64,000 nucleotides of DNA from a virus. Under the pieces are notes generated by a model. The model saw only the letters and a list, made by a program, of their open reading frames with translations, did not search any database and had not been told where the DNA came from. The position numbers and the translations under genes are program-made. Below, in pieces: positions 39,223 through 50,138 of this stretch; position 1 is the first letter of the stretch; each line of letters begins with the position of its first letter. The stretch lies in the IMG/VR virus record IMGVR_UViG_3300032240_001333, positions 17,265 to 81,264 of that record; one strand, given 5' to 3'.

Positions 39223-40548
39223 TTATTGTGAAATAAATGTTCCGCTAATATTAAATGTTGTTGATGTAGTCATATTAGCTGGTTTTTGTTTGGTAAATGA
39301 TTCATATGTATTAGGGGTATTAGCTCCGTTAGAGACACTATAAATTAATCCAATAGAATTTGACCCAGCTGTTACTTTTCCACCAATATCATATATTGTT
39401 CCACCAATTGTACACTGTCCAAAAAGTAATGAATTATAAGCAGCAGTAAATGGAAGAGTTAAAAAGTATTGAACTCCATTTTGACCAAAATTAGTTACTG
39501 TTGCTAGGTTAACATCTATATGCACAAGAACCATTTTTCCAGTTGCAAGATATCTTGCAGATGTTGGTGTTCCTGAGTATGCAAGATTTGTTGATGAAAG
39601 TGTTGATACATATGTTGTTACCGTTGGTGTAATTGAAGATAAATCTGGTTTATTAAGAATTTGAGCTTTACCAGATACTGCATTCCAATCAGAGTTTACT
39701 TGTGGAATAGCAGCAGTTGATTGAGTTGTATTATCTCCAAATGTCAGCGTTTTCCCAGAAGCCAATACCGTATTTCTATTTAATACTAAATTTGCAGAAG
39801 AGGAGGTAAGTCCAATTTGAATATCAGTAGATCCTAAAGTAGATTCAATTGTATTATTAACAAATTTAAGTTGACCCACTTGTAATTGATTAGCGCCATT
39901 AATTAAAAGTATTCCATTGTTTACAGATATACTAGCATTTGTTAATAAAGATTGATCAACAATATTTATTGTATTTGGTCCAATATAAATATCCGCCCAT
40001 TTTTTTGTTAAAGTTCCTAGAGTATATGTATTTGTTGTTGTTGGAACAATGTTGCTTGCTACATTTAAAAAGTCTAAAGGATTACCATCGGCACCAGTAT
40101 CACCTTTGTCACCCTTTGGACCAATGTCACCTTGTGCACCAGTTGCTCCTTGAATACCTTGAATACCTTGTATGCCTTGTATGCCCTGTAAACCTGTATC
40201 ACCTTTATCGCCTTTAATACCTTGTATGCCTTGAATACCAGCATCGCCCTTTGCACCAGTTGCACCAGTATCACCTTTTGGTCCAGTTAAACCAGTATCA
40301 CCTGTATCACCTTTATCGCCTTTAATACCTTGAATACCTTGTGGTCCAACAATATCTCCTGCATCTACCCAACCTTCTAATGTTGAATAAACCATTAAAG
40401 ATCCGTCTGATTGTAATAACCAACAATCTCCTGGAGTACCTGCAGATGCACCTGCTCCTGCATTAAATGCAGCAAGATTTGGATAATTTCCTTTTAATGT
40501 AAATGATTGACCAGATGGTCCACGTTCTGAGGTTATGATAAATGGCAT
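39223..40548 (-). CDS. Collagen-like fibre protein
   Basis: About 30 Gly-X-Y triplets and beta-rich C-terminus. Confidence 0.85.
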   Translation of the reverse strand: MPFIITSERGPSGQSFTLKGNYPNLAAFNAGAGASAGTPGDCWLLQSDGSLMVYSTLEGWVDAGDIVGPQGIQGIKGDKGDTGDTGLTGPKGDTGATGAKGDAGIQGIQGIKGDKGDTGLQGIQGIQGIQGIQGATGAQGDIGPKGDKGDTGADGNPLDFLNVASNIVPTTTNTYTLGTLTKKWADIYIGPNTINIVDQSLLTNASISVNNGILLINGANQLQVGQLKFVNNTIESTLGSTDIQIGLTSSSANLVLNRNTVLASGKTLTFGDNTTQSTAAIPQVNSDWNAVSGKAQILNKPDLSSITPTVTTYVSTLSSTNLAYSGTPTSARYLATGKMVLVHIDVNLATVTNFGQNGVQYFLTLPFTAAYNSLLFGQCTIGGTIYDIGGKVTAGSNSIGLIYSVSNGANTPNTYESFTKQKPANMTTSTTFNISGTFISQ

Positions 40549-40549
40549 A

Positions 40550-40810
40550 TTATCTTTCCAATATTAAAATAGAAGTTGTTCCAGATCCAATAGCATAAAG
40601 TTTGTCATAGGGATAGAGATCGGCACTAAAAATTTGTCCAGGTGCAAGTTTAATTCCATAAGATAATGTACTTACATTTTCATCGCCAATATAAAGCACA
40701 TTTGTTGGATCTGTATTTTGAATAGATATTGTATTATGTGAATCTACAGGATCTGTTAACGTCAATAATGCTGGAGTCCCAGTTAAAGTTAAATTTCTAG
40801 TTCTTAGCAT
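40550..40810 (-). CDS. Small beta-rich probable structural protein
   Basis: IQN...LYIG...GIKLAPG...LYAI. Confidence 0.6.
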   Translation of the reverse strand: MLRTRNLTLTGTPALLTLTDPVDSHNTISIQNTDPTNVLYIGDENVSTLSYGIKLAPGQIFSADLYPYDKLYAIGSGTTSILILER

Positions 40811-40873
40811 AAAATCCCCTTAGTTGCCAATTTGCAACAATTCCATTATACACCCATATAAACAATAACTAAA

Positions 40874-40956
40874 ATAACAGAAAACCCAATCGGAGGCGGA
40901 TCCAATTGGGTTCTGGCATCTAATGATGCAATGTAAGGAGCCAAAGCTCGACCTAC
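40874..40956 (-). ncRNA. Candidate three-hairpin small RNA
   Basis: TTGACT-17-TATACT promoter (40991-40963); final hairpin loop AUCCGCCU plus U tract. Confidence 0.55.
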
Positions 40957-41006
40957 AAAATAAGTATATAATTCTTAATTTTATAAGTCAATAGAATTAG
41001 TAAATA

Positions 41007-41810
41007 TTACCAACCATTTTTTTCCATCATAATTTTTGTTTTTTCTTCTATTATATCTGCAAATTGTGGATTAATTCTTAGCGGAGAATTCCAATCATTT
41101 AATTGTTGTTCGCTAGGATTTTCATATTTTCCAATTTGTTCTTCCCATTCAGGAGTTTTATAATTATAAAATGTTCCTGGGTTATCCTCTGCTAATAAAG
41201 CAAAGCATGAAAATGCAAATCTTGTACCACTTTTTGTTTTTCTAGTTCCATGATCATAAGGGATACATGCTCCATGTAATATAATATCTCCTGGTTCTGG
41301 CTGAACTTCAAGACAAGGCTGAGCAAGTTTTTTCTCATCAATTCTCATATCGCCAGTTTTTTCAGTACCATCTGGATTAATATTTGGATAATATAAAGCA
41401 CCGCCAGTAAAGTCACCCAAATAGGCAATCATTCCATATTCAAGTTCACAACATGTAGACCATTGATCTATTTCAAGTAATAATTCACATCTTCCTTTTC
41501 CAGGACTGTCAGCATGAACAAACATACCTTCATCATGTGGTTGAGAAACCATTAAACTTCTTACTGGATGAATAACAATTTCTGGATGTATTAATTCTGA
41601 CATAAATTTCCATAAAGGGAATGTGCTAGAAAAACCTGGAGTCATTTTGTCCTTATACCAGTCCCTAACACTCCAGTCATTATCTGCCCCACCTCTTTCA
41701 AAGGTTGCAAGATCTTTATTAATCGATTCAATTATTTCTTTAGGAATAATATTTTTAAATATATAAATTCTATTTGCTATTTTTTTACATCTAGGATCAT
41801 CGTAAAACAT
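41007..41810 (-). CDS. 2OG-Fe(II) oxygenase
   Basis: HAD, YLGDFTGGALY, HGT, RF. Confidence 0.85.
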   Translation of the reverse strand: MFYDDPRCKKIANRIYIFKNIIPKEIIESINKDLATFERGGADNDWSVRDWYKDKMTPGFSSTFPLWKFMSELIHPEIVIHPVRSLMVSQPHDEGMFVHADSPGKGRCELLLEIDQWSTCCELEYGMIAYLGDFTGGALYYPNINPDGTEKTGDMRIDEKKLAQPCLEVQPEPGDIILHGACIPYDHGTRKTKSGTRFAFSCFALLAEDNPGTFYNYKTPEWEEQIGKYENPSEQQLNDWNSPLRINPQFADIIEEKTKIMMEKNGW

Positions 41811-41870
41811 ATATTATTTCCTCCTTTATTTTATGTTAATATTATACCACTTATGTGATACAATAACACT

Positions 41871-41954
41871 ATGACCGAAAACATAAATGAGGCATCAGTT
41901 AACTGCTGTGAAGCATGTACTTGTGATACTCCTCATAAATCAAAACCAGAGTAA
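41871..41954 (+). CDS. 27-aa Cys-rich peptide (not in ORF track)
   Basis: MTENINEASVNCCEACTCDTPHKSKPE, leaderless after TGATACAAT. Confidence 0.45.
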   Translation: MTENINEASVNCCEACTCDTPHKSKPE

Positions 41955-42020
41955 TTTTTAAATTTACTTATAAATAAAGCCCCAGTCTATTGACCAGGGC
42001 CTATATTTATTGTGCAAAAT

Positions 42021-42610
42021 TTATTCTTTTATTAATTCTTTTTCTAATAGCCTTTGATAAGTGTTTGTACATACCAATTCAAAACTAGGTTTACCTTGTT
42101 CTATATAATTAGCAGACTCATCATCGGAGATACCAGCATTAGAATACATAAATTTCATATCTTCAATAAATCCATTTAGCATTAATTTAATAATTTCTTC
42201 TTTATTCATTAATTTCTCCTTCTGGTGTAAATGATGGAACTGGTCCTAATAAATATCCTTGATTATGATATTCTACCATTTTAGAAGTCTTTTCTTCCCC
42301 AGCAACTTTATTAGAAATTAAAGTTAATATATCATATATTCTATGAAGCATAATATATGTAACCATTGGAATATTTTCTTCTAAATTTTGATTTTCATCT
42401 GACATTTGCGTCTACCGCCTTTTTCATATCGTTATAAGCTTTTTCTCCTATAAACTTTTTATAAGAGCAAGAAAGACAATATAAATAAACATTGTCTTCT
42501 AAATCTAAATTAGAAAGAAGAAGACCTTGATCCATTGGACATTCCATTTTAGGAACCAGGCCTTCTTCTGATAAAGCTATATATTTAGATACGTATTGTA
42601 TCTGTTTCAA
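42021..42610 (-). CDS. Three small coupled ORFs (42021-42209, 42202-42405, 42395-42610)
   Basis: ORF track, overlapping starts and stops. Confidence 0.7.
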
Positions 42611-42619
42611 TATTGCTCC

Positions 42620-43177
42620 TTAAGCTGATGGAAACTCTGTTATGAGTTGCCTTGCTTTGCCTATTGAATTAGGCCAAGCTGACCAATTTTTACCGCCATC
42701 GGTCATATAGTACGTTATCTCTGCGTTTGTTACTGGATCAAATAATTCCTTATTTGAAACTAAATCGAACTTTTCTTTTCTCTTTACGCCTAAATCTCCA
42801 AGCATATTGATTTGGAAAATTCCGTAAGACTTATCTCCAGTTGATTTGTTATCGTTTAAAGCCATTGGTCGCCCATGTGACTCTACCGTTGCAACAGCCC
42901 AAGCTGTTTTTAATTCAGTTCCTTCAAAACCTACAGCCCATAAAAGATCTTTTAAATCTTCAGGCGAAAGCATTTCAGAACTGCCATAAGTATCATTACT
43001 GAACTTATTTAGTATTTCTCTTTTTAGTTGTTTTTCGGTTTTTTGCGGTTTTACTTCTAAAGCCTGAGTTACTGTTGGTCCAGGTTGGACGGAAAATAAG
43101 AATAATGTTATCATTCCTATTGCAGTCCAATTATGAACAACATCGCTCAAACTTTGTTTGATTCTCTCCATTGGCAT
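42620..43177 (-). CDS. Secreted lytic transglycosylase (lysozyme-like)
   Basis: AVATVES, SYGIFQIN, LFDPVTNA, WSAW. Confidence 0.88.
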   Translation of the reverse strand: MPMERIKQSLSDVVHNWTAIGMITLFLFSVQPGPTVTQALEVKPQKTEKQLKREILNKFSNDTYGSSEMLSPEDLKDLLWAVGFEGTELKTAWAVATVESHGRPMALNDNKSTGDKSYGIFQINMLGDLGVKRKEKFDLVSNKELFDPVTNAEITYYMTDGGKNWSAWPNSIGKARQLITEFPSA

Positions 43178-43255
43178 TCCTCCTTTAGAGATAACGAACT
43201 ATAATAATAACATTGGCGGGTAATGACTGTCAAGCCAGTCAACCAGAAGGATTTA

Positions 43256-44245
43256 ATGAATATTTCATTTTCTACAGTAATTGCTAATTTAAGAAGTAGC
43301 AATGGATATGGATATGCTGGTCAAAATATAGTAAAATCATTAAATAACTTAGGACACTTTGTTCCATTTCAAGATCCAAAAGCACTAGTACAATTAAATT
43401 TTTCTCAACCATCACATTTTAAATTACATAAAAATCAATATCAAATTAGCTATACTCCATGGGAATCAACTGTAATACCAGAAGAGTGGAAATATTATAT
43501 GAATGCATGTGATGAAATTTGGACAACATCTAACTGGTGTGCAAATGTATTTGAAGATAATGGATTTAAAAATATAAAAGTATTTCCTCATGGAATTGAT
43601 CCAATGTGGGTACCAAATAGAAGACAAGATGATGGTATTATTAAATTTTTACATATAGGAGAACCAGCTCCTAGAAAAGCTGGACAAATAGTAGTTGATG
43701 CATTTACAAAATTATTTGGTGGAAAAGAAGGATATTCTTTAACAATTAAAGCAGATCAAATTAATACTACTAGAATATATAATAATTATATAGATAAAAA
43801 TATAATTGGATTACCTAATGAGTTATATCCAAATATTAATTTAATAACTAAAATTTTAAATGATGAAGAATTAGTGCAGTTATATCAAACACATGATGTA
43901 TTAATTTATCCTAGTTATGGAGAAGGATTTGGATTTATTCCACTTCAAGCTTTAGCAACTGGTATGCCAACAATATGTACATCTGGTTGGGCACATTATG
44001 AAAATTATCTTGGTCCATTAAAATTAAAATCAGAGTTAATAGATTCGCCTTGGCCATTTCCACATGAAGGAAAAGTATTTGAACCAAACTATCAACATTT
44101 ACTTGAGCTTATGAGAGATGTAGCAATAAACTTTAATGCATATTCTGGATATTATTTTGCTCAGTCAACTAAAATACATAAAGATTATAATTGGGATCAG
44201 TTGACCAAAAATGCATTTAATCATATTTTTAAAAAATTTTCATAA
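43256..44245 (+). CDS. GT4 (GT-B) glycosyltransferase
   Basis: PWEST, PHGID, RK, YPSYGEGFGFIPLQALATGMP. Confidence 0.92.
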   Translation: MNISFSTVIANLRSSNGYGYAGQNIVKSLNNLGHFVPFQDPKALVQLNFSQPSHFKLHKNQYQISYTPWESTVIPEEWKYYMNACDEIWTTSNWCANVFEDNGFKNIKVFPHGIDPMWVPNRRQDDGIIKFLHIGEPAPRKAGQIVVDAFTKLFGGKEGYSLTIKADQINTTRIYNNYIDKNIIGLPNELYPNINLITKILNDEELVQLYQTHDVLIYPSYGEGFGFIPLQALATGMPTICTSGWAHYENYLGPLKLKSELIDSPWPFPHEGKVFEPNYQHLLELMRDVAINFNAYSGYYFAQSTKIHKDYNWDQLTKNAFNHIFKKFS

Positions 44246-44329
44246 AGTCTTCCCTCTATAAATAACATTTGATACACTTAGATCTCATTCAAAAATTTAT
44301 TTAACCGTAAGGCAGAGGAAAAGGTCTAT

Positions 44330-46264
44330 ATGTCAACATCTATTGAAAACCCATATGAAAATTTTATTGCGTTATCTCGTTATGCAAGATGGATACCAGA
44401 AGAGAATCGCAGAGAAACATGGAGTGAGACAGTAGATCGTTATTTTTCTTTTATGCTTGATCACTTATTTAAAGAGCATGCATATGAGCCATCATCAAAA
44501 TTAATTGCAGAATTAAAGCAAGCAGTATTAGATCGAAATGTAATGCCATCAATGAGATCAGTAATGACCGCTGGTGCAGCACTAGAAAGAGATCATGTTG
44601 CTGGATATAATTGTTCATTCGTACCAGTAGATAATCCAAGATCATTTGATGAGACTATGTATATTCTTATGTGTGGAACTGGTGTTGGATTTTCTGTTGA
44701 ATATAAATATGTTAATAAACTTCCTGCCATTCCAGAATCATTTGAAAAGTCATCAACAATAATTAACGTTGAAGATTCTAAGCAAGGATGGGCAAAAGCA
44801 TATCGTGAACTATTGGCACTCCTTTGGACGGGACAAATTCCATCAATTGATGTAAGCAAACTTCGTCCTGCAGGTGCAAGACTTAAAACAATGGGTGGTC
44901 GTTCATCTGGACCACAACCATTAATTAATCTTTTTGATTTTACAATTGCAAAATTTAAAAATGCAGCAGGTCGTCAACTTAAACCAATTGAGGCACATGA
45001 CATTATGTGCAAGATTGGTGAAATTGTAGTAGTTGGTGGAGTTCGCAGATCTGCAATGATTTCTTTGTCAAACATTAATGATATTGAAATGGCTCAAGCA
45101 AAATCTGGTAATTGGTGGGAAAATAATTCACAACGTGCATTGTCTAATAACTCAGTGGCCTATTCACGCAAACCAGAAATGGAACAATTTATAGCAGAAT
45201 GGAAATCTTTATATGATTCAAAATCAGGAGAACGTGGAATTTACAATGTTGCAGCAGCACAAAAACAAGCAGCTAAATATGGAAGACGGGATCCTGAAAT
45301 TCATTATGGAACCAACCCATGTTCAGAGATTATTCTACGTCCTTATCAGTTTTGTAATCTTTCAGAAGTCGTATTACGTGAAAAAGATAAAATTGAAGAT
45401 GTTGCAAATAAAGTCCGTCTTGCCACTATTTTAGGAACATGGCAATCAACATTAACAGATTTTAAATATCTTCGTAAAATTTGGAAAGATAATACAGAAG
45501 AAGAACGTTTATTAGGAGTTTCTTTAACTGGTCAATTTGGACATAAATTCTTTTCAGGTAAAGAAGATATTAATAAATTGGAACAAGTATTAATTGAACT
45601 TCGTGAGTCTGCAAGAAAAACAAATGCAGCAGAGGCTAAAAAAATTGGTATTCAAGAATCAGCAGCAATTACATGTGTTAAGCCTTCTGGAACCGTATCT
45701 CAATTAGTTGGAGTTTCATCTGGAATGCACCCATGGCACTCTGAACACTATATTCGTACAGTTCGTGGGGATAAAAAAGATCCTATTTCTACATTCTTAA
45801 AAGAAGTAGGAATTCCAGTAGAAGATGATGTAATGAAACCAAACGATACATATGTATTTTCATTTCCAGTAAAAGCACCAGAAGGTGCTATTGTTAGAAA
45901 TGATCTTACTGCAATTGATCATTTAAATACATGGTTAATTTATCAACGTGCATGGTGTGAGCATAAGCCATCAATTACAGTTTCTGTAAAAGAAGATGAG
46001 TGGATGGAAGTTGGAGCATGGGTATACAAGCATTTTGATGAGGTATCTGGAATTTCATTCCTACCACATTCAGATCACACATATAAGCAAGCACCTTATC
46101 AAGAAGTTTCCAAAGAAGAATATCTAGATCTTTTAGGTAAAATGCCTAAAGAAATTAGATGGGCAGATCTTTCATTTTATGAAACAGAAGATGGAACATC
46201 TGGAACTCAAACACTTGCATGTACTTCTGATGGAAATTGTGAAATTGTAGATATTTCAGCATAG
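44330..46264 (+). CDS. nrdJ: Class II (B12-dependent) ribonucleotide reductase
   Basis: YNCSF, GGVRRSA, TNPCSEI, CVKPSGT, C-terminal C....C. Confidence 0.95.
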   Translation: MSTSIENPYENFIALSRYARWIPEENRRETWSETVDRYFSFMLDHLFKEHAYEPSSKLIAELKQAVLDRNVMPSMRSVMTAGAALERDHVAGYNCSFVPVDNPRSFDETMYILMCGTGVGFSVEYKYVNKLPAIPESFEKSSTIINVEDSKQGWAKAYRELLALLWTGQIPSIDVSKLRPAGARLKTMGGRSSGPQPLINLFDFTIAKFKNAAGRQLKPIEAHDIMCKIGEIVVVGGVRRSAMISLSNINDIEMAQAKSGNWWENNSQRALSNNSVAYSRKPEMEQFIAEWKSLYDSKSGERGIYNVAAAQKQAAKYGRRDPEIHYGTNPCSEIILRPYQFCNLSEVVLREKDKIEDVANKVRLATILGTWQSTLTDFKYLRKIWKDNTEEERLLGVSLTGQFGHKFFSGKEDINKLEQVLIELRESARKTNAAEAKKIGIQESAAITCVKPSGTVSQLVGVSSGMHPWHSEHYIRTVRGDKKDPISTFLKEVGIPVEDDVMKPNDTYVFSFPVKAPEGAIVRNDLTAIDHLNTWLIYQRAWCEHKPSITVSVKEDEWMEVGAWVYKHFDEVSGISFLPHSDHTYKQAPYQEVSKEEYLDLLGKMPKEIRWADLSFYETEDGTSGTQTLACTSDGNCEIVDISA

Positions 46265-46303
46265 TAGTATAATAGATAGTGGCGAAAGCCAAAAGGAGAT
46301 AAC

Positions 46304-46498
46304 ATGAACACATATACAGCACAAATACTAGCAGCACTAGGAACTTACGGAAGAGCATTCCTAGCAGCAGCTACAGCCTTATACATGACTGGAAATACAA
46401 ATCCAAAAGATTTAGTTGCAGCAGGAGTTGCAGCAATAGCTCCAGTTATTCTAAAGGCATTAAGTCCAAGTAATCAAGAATTTGGCTTCAAGAAGTAA
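46304..46498 (+). CDS. Small holin-like membrane protein
   Basis: Two short hydrophobic helices, P..EFG tail. Confidence 0.55.
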   Translation: MNTYTAQILAALGTYGRAFLAAATALYMTGNTNPKDLVAAGVAAIAPVILKALSPSNQEFGFKK

Positions 46499-46575
46499 AA
46501 TAAAGTAATACCAATTAGGATCGCTCCTATGCTAAAATGGGCATAGGAGTTTTCCTATTTTAGGAGATTTTGCAA

Positions 46576-46926
46576 ATGGCAGTAAACAAAAATTTTGAAG
46601 TAGATCAAAATACTACTTTCACCTTTCAGGTTCAATATACCTTAGAGGATGAAGTAACGCCTATTAATTTAACTGGTGCAACAGCAAAGATGCAAGTTAG
46701 AAATACACAAGGTGGAGATAAACTAGCTTTTACTTTAACATCACCTTCTGGCGGTATTACAATTAATGGATCAACTGGTACATTAACAATTAAAATGACA
46801 CCTACTCAAACTAATAAATTATTTTATCCAAAATCTGCCTATGACATTATGGTCGTCGATTCTAATGGGAATAAAATAAAACTCCTAGAGGGTTTTATGA
46901 CACTCAGTAGATCGGTAACCATATAA
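46576..46926 (+). CDS. Virion structural protein (baseplate/fibre adaptor-like)
   Basis: DQNTTF...PINLTG.TAKMQVR...YDI...LLEG. Confidence 0.7.
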   Translation: MAVNKNFEVDQNTTFTFQVQYTLEDEVTPINLTGATAKMQVRNTQGGDKLAFTLTSPSGGITINGSTGTLTIKMTPTQTNKLFYPKSAYDIMVVDSNGNKIKLLEGFMTLSRSVTI

Positions 46927-47213
46927 TGTCTGAAAAAGTAATAGTAACCGAATTAAAAAATAAAGTAATTGTTTTATCTCCTGGACCTCAAGGTCCTAGA
47001 GGAAATACTATTTTAAATGGCAACGGTGCTCCAGCAAATAATCTTGGAATACAGAATGATTTTTACATAGATAATCTTACTTCAAGATTTTATGGACCAA
47101 AACTTTCTGATTCAACATGGTCTGGCGCACATTCATTCTTACTTGCATCATCCGTAGTTCCAGATCACAGACATACATATGATGGTGAAATTGATGAAAC
47201 ATATGTTCCATAA
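46926..47213 (+). CDS. Short fibre-associated protein
   Basis: GPQGPRG..ILNG.GAP...DFYID...YGPK. Confidence 0.7.
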   Translation: MSEKVIVTELKNKVIVLSPGPQGPRGNTILNGNGAPANNLGIQNDFYIDNLTSRFYGPKLSDSTWSGAHSFLLASSVVPDHRHTYDGEIDETYVP

Positions 47214-47274
47214 TTTTAGGCAATTATAAATATTGACTGATATAATTAGATGAAGTCATAATTTCGAGGTAAAC

Positions 47275-47832
47275 ATGGCAATAAACTTTCCAGAATCATT
47301 AGATCAATTATCAAATCCAAATGCAACTGATTCATTAAGTAATCCTTCGCACTCTGAACAACACAGAAATGCAAATGATGCAATTGAAGCATTGCAAACA
47401 AAAGTTGGCATTGATGGATCTGAAGATGAAAACTCATTAGATTACAAAATTACAGATATTATTTCTCAATTAGGTAGTCTAGGCAACAATACAGACACTA
47501 TTCAAACATTATTAGGACTTGAAGGAAATAATGATTTAACAGTAACTGGAATTGAGAACAAAACAACACTTGATTCATTTAACAAAACACAATATAGAGT
47601 AGTCAAGTATATTCTATCTATATCAAAGGGATCAGAATACTATACATCTGAGTTGTCCGTTTTAAATGATGGAGCAAACATAAACCTTTCAGAATCTAAT
47701 GTAATATCAAATACCAATACTACATTAGCAATAGTCACATTTGAAGAAAATTCAGGTATAATTAACTTATGCGTAACTCCCACCAGTACTGCGGTAACCG
47801 CCAGATACTATAGGACTGCGCTTAAGGCATAA
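47275..47832 (+). CDS. Tail-fibre-associated protein
   Basis: FPxSLD...HxxQHxNANDAIEALQTKVG. Confidence 0.7.
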   Translation: MAINFPESLDQLSNPNATDSLSNPSHSEQHRNANDAIEALQTKVGIDGSEDENSLDYKITDIISQLGSLGNNTDTIQTLLGLEGNNDLTVTGIENKTTLDSFNKTQYRVVKYILSISKGSEYYTSELSVLNDGANINLSESNVISNTNTTLAIVTFEENSGIINLCVTPTSTAVTARYYRTALKA

Positions 47833-47856
47833 AAAAAGCAATACAGGGAGATATAA

Positions 47857-50070
47857 ATGGCAACAGTAAATAAAAACTTTAGAATCAAAAATGGTTTAGT
47901 TGTTGAAGGATCAACAGGTACCATTAATGGTCAAAATATATTAACAGAGACAGGTTCAGATCAGTATATTCTGGATTTAATTGGCGGAGAAACATTAGTA
48001 AAATCAGTAAACTCTGCACAACTAGAAGTAAGTGTTGGTGGAGAACTTTCCGTAAAATCAAACGTATTTGATGCATACGGTGCAGCCTCTTCTGCACAAT
48101 CTGCAGCAGAATCTTATGCTGATGGCTTAGCATCTAATTATGATGCAGCTGGTTCAGCATCTACAGCAGAATCAAATGCTAAATCTTATGCTGATGGTCT
48201 AGCTTCAAACTACGACCCAGTAGGTGCTGCAAGTACTGCAGAATCAAATGCAAAGTCTTATGCAGATGGTTTGGCTTCAAACTACGATGCAGCAGGATCT
48301 GCATCAACTGCAGAGTCAAATGCAAAGTCTTATGCAGATGGTTTGGCTTCAAACTACGATGCAGCAGGATCTGCATCAACTGCAGAATCAAATGCAAAGT
48401 CTTATGCAGATGGTTTGGCTTCAAACTACGATGCAGCAGGATCTGCATCAACTGCAGAGTCAAATGCTAAGAGCTATGCCGATGGCCTAGCTTCTAACTA
48501 TGATCCAGCAGGTGCTGCATCAACCGCAGAATCAAATGCAAAAAGTTATGCTGACGGACTTGCATCTAATTATGACCCAGCAGGTGCAGCCTCTTCTGCA
48601 CAATCTGCAGCAGAATCTTATGCAGATGGCGTTGCTGCTACAGCAGAGTCTAATGCAAAATCATATGCTGATGCAATAGCACAAGGTCTTGATGTTAAGG
48701 CTTCTGTAAAGGCAGCATATTCAACAAATCAATCTATATCTGATAGATTAGGATGGTCTAATAACGTAGATCGTGTTTTATTTTTTGGACAAGATAATCC
48801 TGCAGAAAATGGTATTTATACATATGCAGCAGGACAATGGAATAGAACAGAAGATGCTTCATTTGATCCTGGCTCAGGACAAGGAACACTTACAAAAGGT
48901 TCTTTCGTATTTGTTGAAGGTGGAGATTATGCAGGACATGGTTATGTAGTATCAAATATTAATCTTGCGACTGGTGCCATTACTTGGACTCAGTTCTCTG
49001 AGACAGGTAACTATATCACATCTGTTTCATCAGAACTTGATGTTACAAGTGGATTGCTTTCAATTGGAACTACTCTTTCTAATAAGACCCTTGCTAATCC
49101 AGAAATCACAGTAGGTTCATCATCTGCTGGTCCTGACATGTCTGTGGCTGGATTTGTTACTTCTTGGGGAGGTGGACATCCAAATTGGATTTATGTTTAT
49201 TCTTCTGGTCCTTCATATGGACTAACTGATGGTACCTATAATGTAAACTTCTCAGGTGCAACTGGCGCTCATGCTGCAGCATTAAACGGTACACGAGTTG
49301 TTACTGTTGAAAGTGATGGCACAACACTTATTATTGAACTAGGTTCAAACTGGGGTGGTTGGGGAAGTTCATTTAGCGGTATCTGGGGAAGCAATGTAAA
49401 CACTTCAGTTGGTACATCTTTAACAGTCTCATCAACTGAACTTGGATACTTAGATGGAGTTACATCTAATATTCAGACTCAGTTAGATGGAAAAGATGCA
49501 TCAGGTGCTGCCGCTACCGCAGAATCAAATGCAAAGTCTTATGCAGATGGTTTGGCTTCAAACTACGATGCAGCAGGATCTGCTTCAACAGCAGAATCAA
49601 ATGCTAAGAGCTATGCTGACGGACTAGCATCTAACTATGATGCAGCAGGTGCAGCTTCACAAGCACTAACAGATGCTAATGACTACACAGATGGATACAT
49701 AGGAGCAGTTTTAGACGGATCAGAACCATTTACAGCAATTAATGTAAACTCTGTTTCATTACAAAAAGCAGTTCAAAGTTTAGTTGCTACAGCTCAAAAT
49801 GGATCATCTATGCTATCTTGGGCAAAGTCAGATTACGCATCAGCAAAGGCGTGGGTTAAGTTTGCAACAGCAACACACTCACAAATTTCAGAAATCTTAT
49901 TAACAACAGATGCATCAAACAACATAGCAATTACAGATTTTGCTGAGGTTGGGACAAATGGATCTCTTGGAACAATTACAGCTTCTTACCTTGCAGGTAA
50001 CATTGCAATTGAAGTAAATACTGTTTATGCAAATACAACAGTAACTGTAGTAGCAACATTAATTAAATAA
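47857..50070 (+). CDS. Tail fibre with 24-aa tandem repeats
   Basis: (SASTAESNAKSYADGLASNYDAAG)n, GLDVKASVKAA, ENGIY. Confidence 0.85.
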   Translation: MATVNKNFRIKNGLVVEGSTGTINGQNILTETGSDQYILDLIGGETLVKSVNSAQLEVSVGGELSVKSNVFDAYGAASSAQSAAESYADGLASNYDAAGSASTAESNAKSYADGLASNYDPVGAASTAESNAKSYADGLASNYDAAGSASTAESNAKSYADGLASNYDAAGSASTAESNAKSYADGLASNYDAAGSASTAESNAKSYADGLASNYDPAGAASTAESNAKSYADGLASNYDPAGAASSAQSAAESYADGVAATAESNAKSYADAIAQGLDVKASVKAAYSTNQSISDRLGWSNNVDRVLFFGQDNPAENGIYTYAAGQWNRTEDASFDPGSGQGTLTKGSFVFVEGGDYAGHGYVVSNINLATGAITWTQFSETGNYITSVSSELDVTSGLLSIGTTLSNKTLANPEITVGSSSAGPDMSVAGFVTSWGGGHPNWIYVYSSGPSYGLTDGTYNVNFSGATGAHAAALNGTRVVTVESDGTTLIIELGSNWGGWGSSFSGIWGSNVNTSVGTSLTVSSTELGYLDGVTSNIQTQLDGKDASGAAATAESNAKSYADGLASNYDAAGSASTAESNAKSYADGLASNYDAAGAASQALTDANDYTDGYIGAVLDGSEPFTAINVNSVSLQKAVQSLVATAQNGSSMLSWAKSDYASAKAWVKFATATHSQISEILLTTDASNNIAITDFAEVGTNGSLGTITASYLAGNIAIEVNTVYANTTVTVVATLIK
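48100..48625 (+). repeat. 72-bp coding tandem repeat, about 7 copies (about 2 more at 49505-49655)
   Basis: Units recur every 72 bp, e.g. 48241 and 48313. Confidence 0.9.
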
Positions 50071-50138
50071 TTAAATAAAAGGCCAGGGGGGAGCCTGAAT
50101 CTCCCCAACAAAAACAATTAGGGGATATGTGAACTTAA

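Noticed and set aside
44246-44329. NrdR box or cobalamin riboswitch before nrdJ
   Set aside because: No convincing consensus, and the region is too short for the riboswitch
48179-48490. Repetitive alternative-frame ORFs (also 7095, 53630, 60641)
   Set aside because: Shadows of repeat or low-complexity tracts in the real CDS
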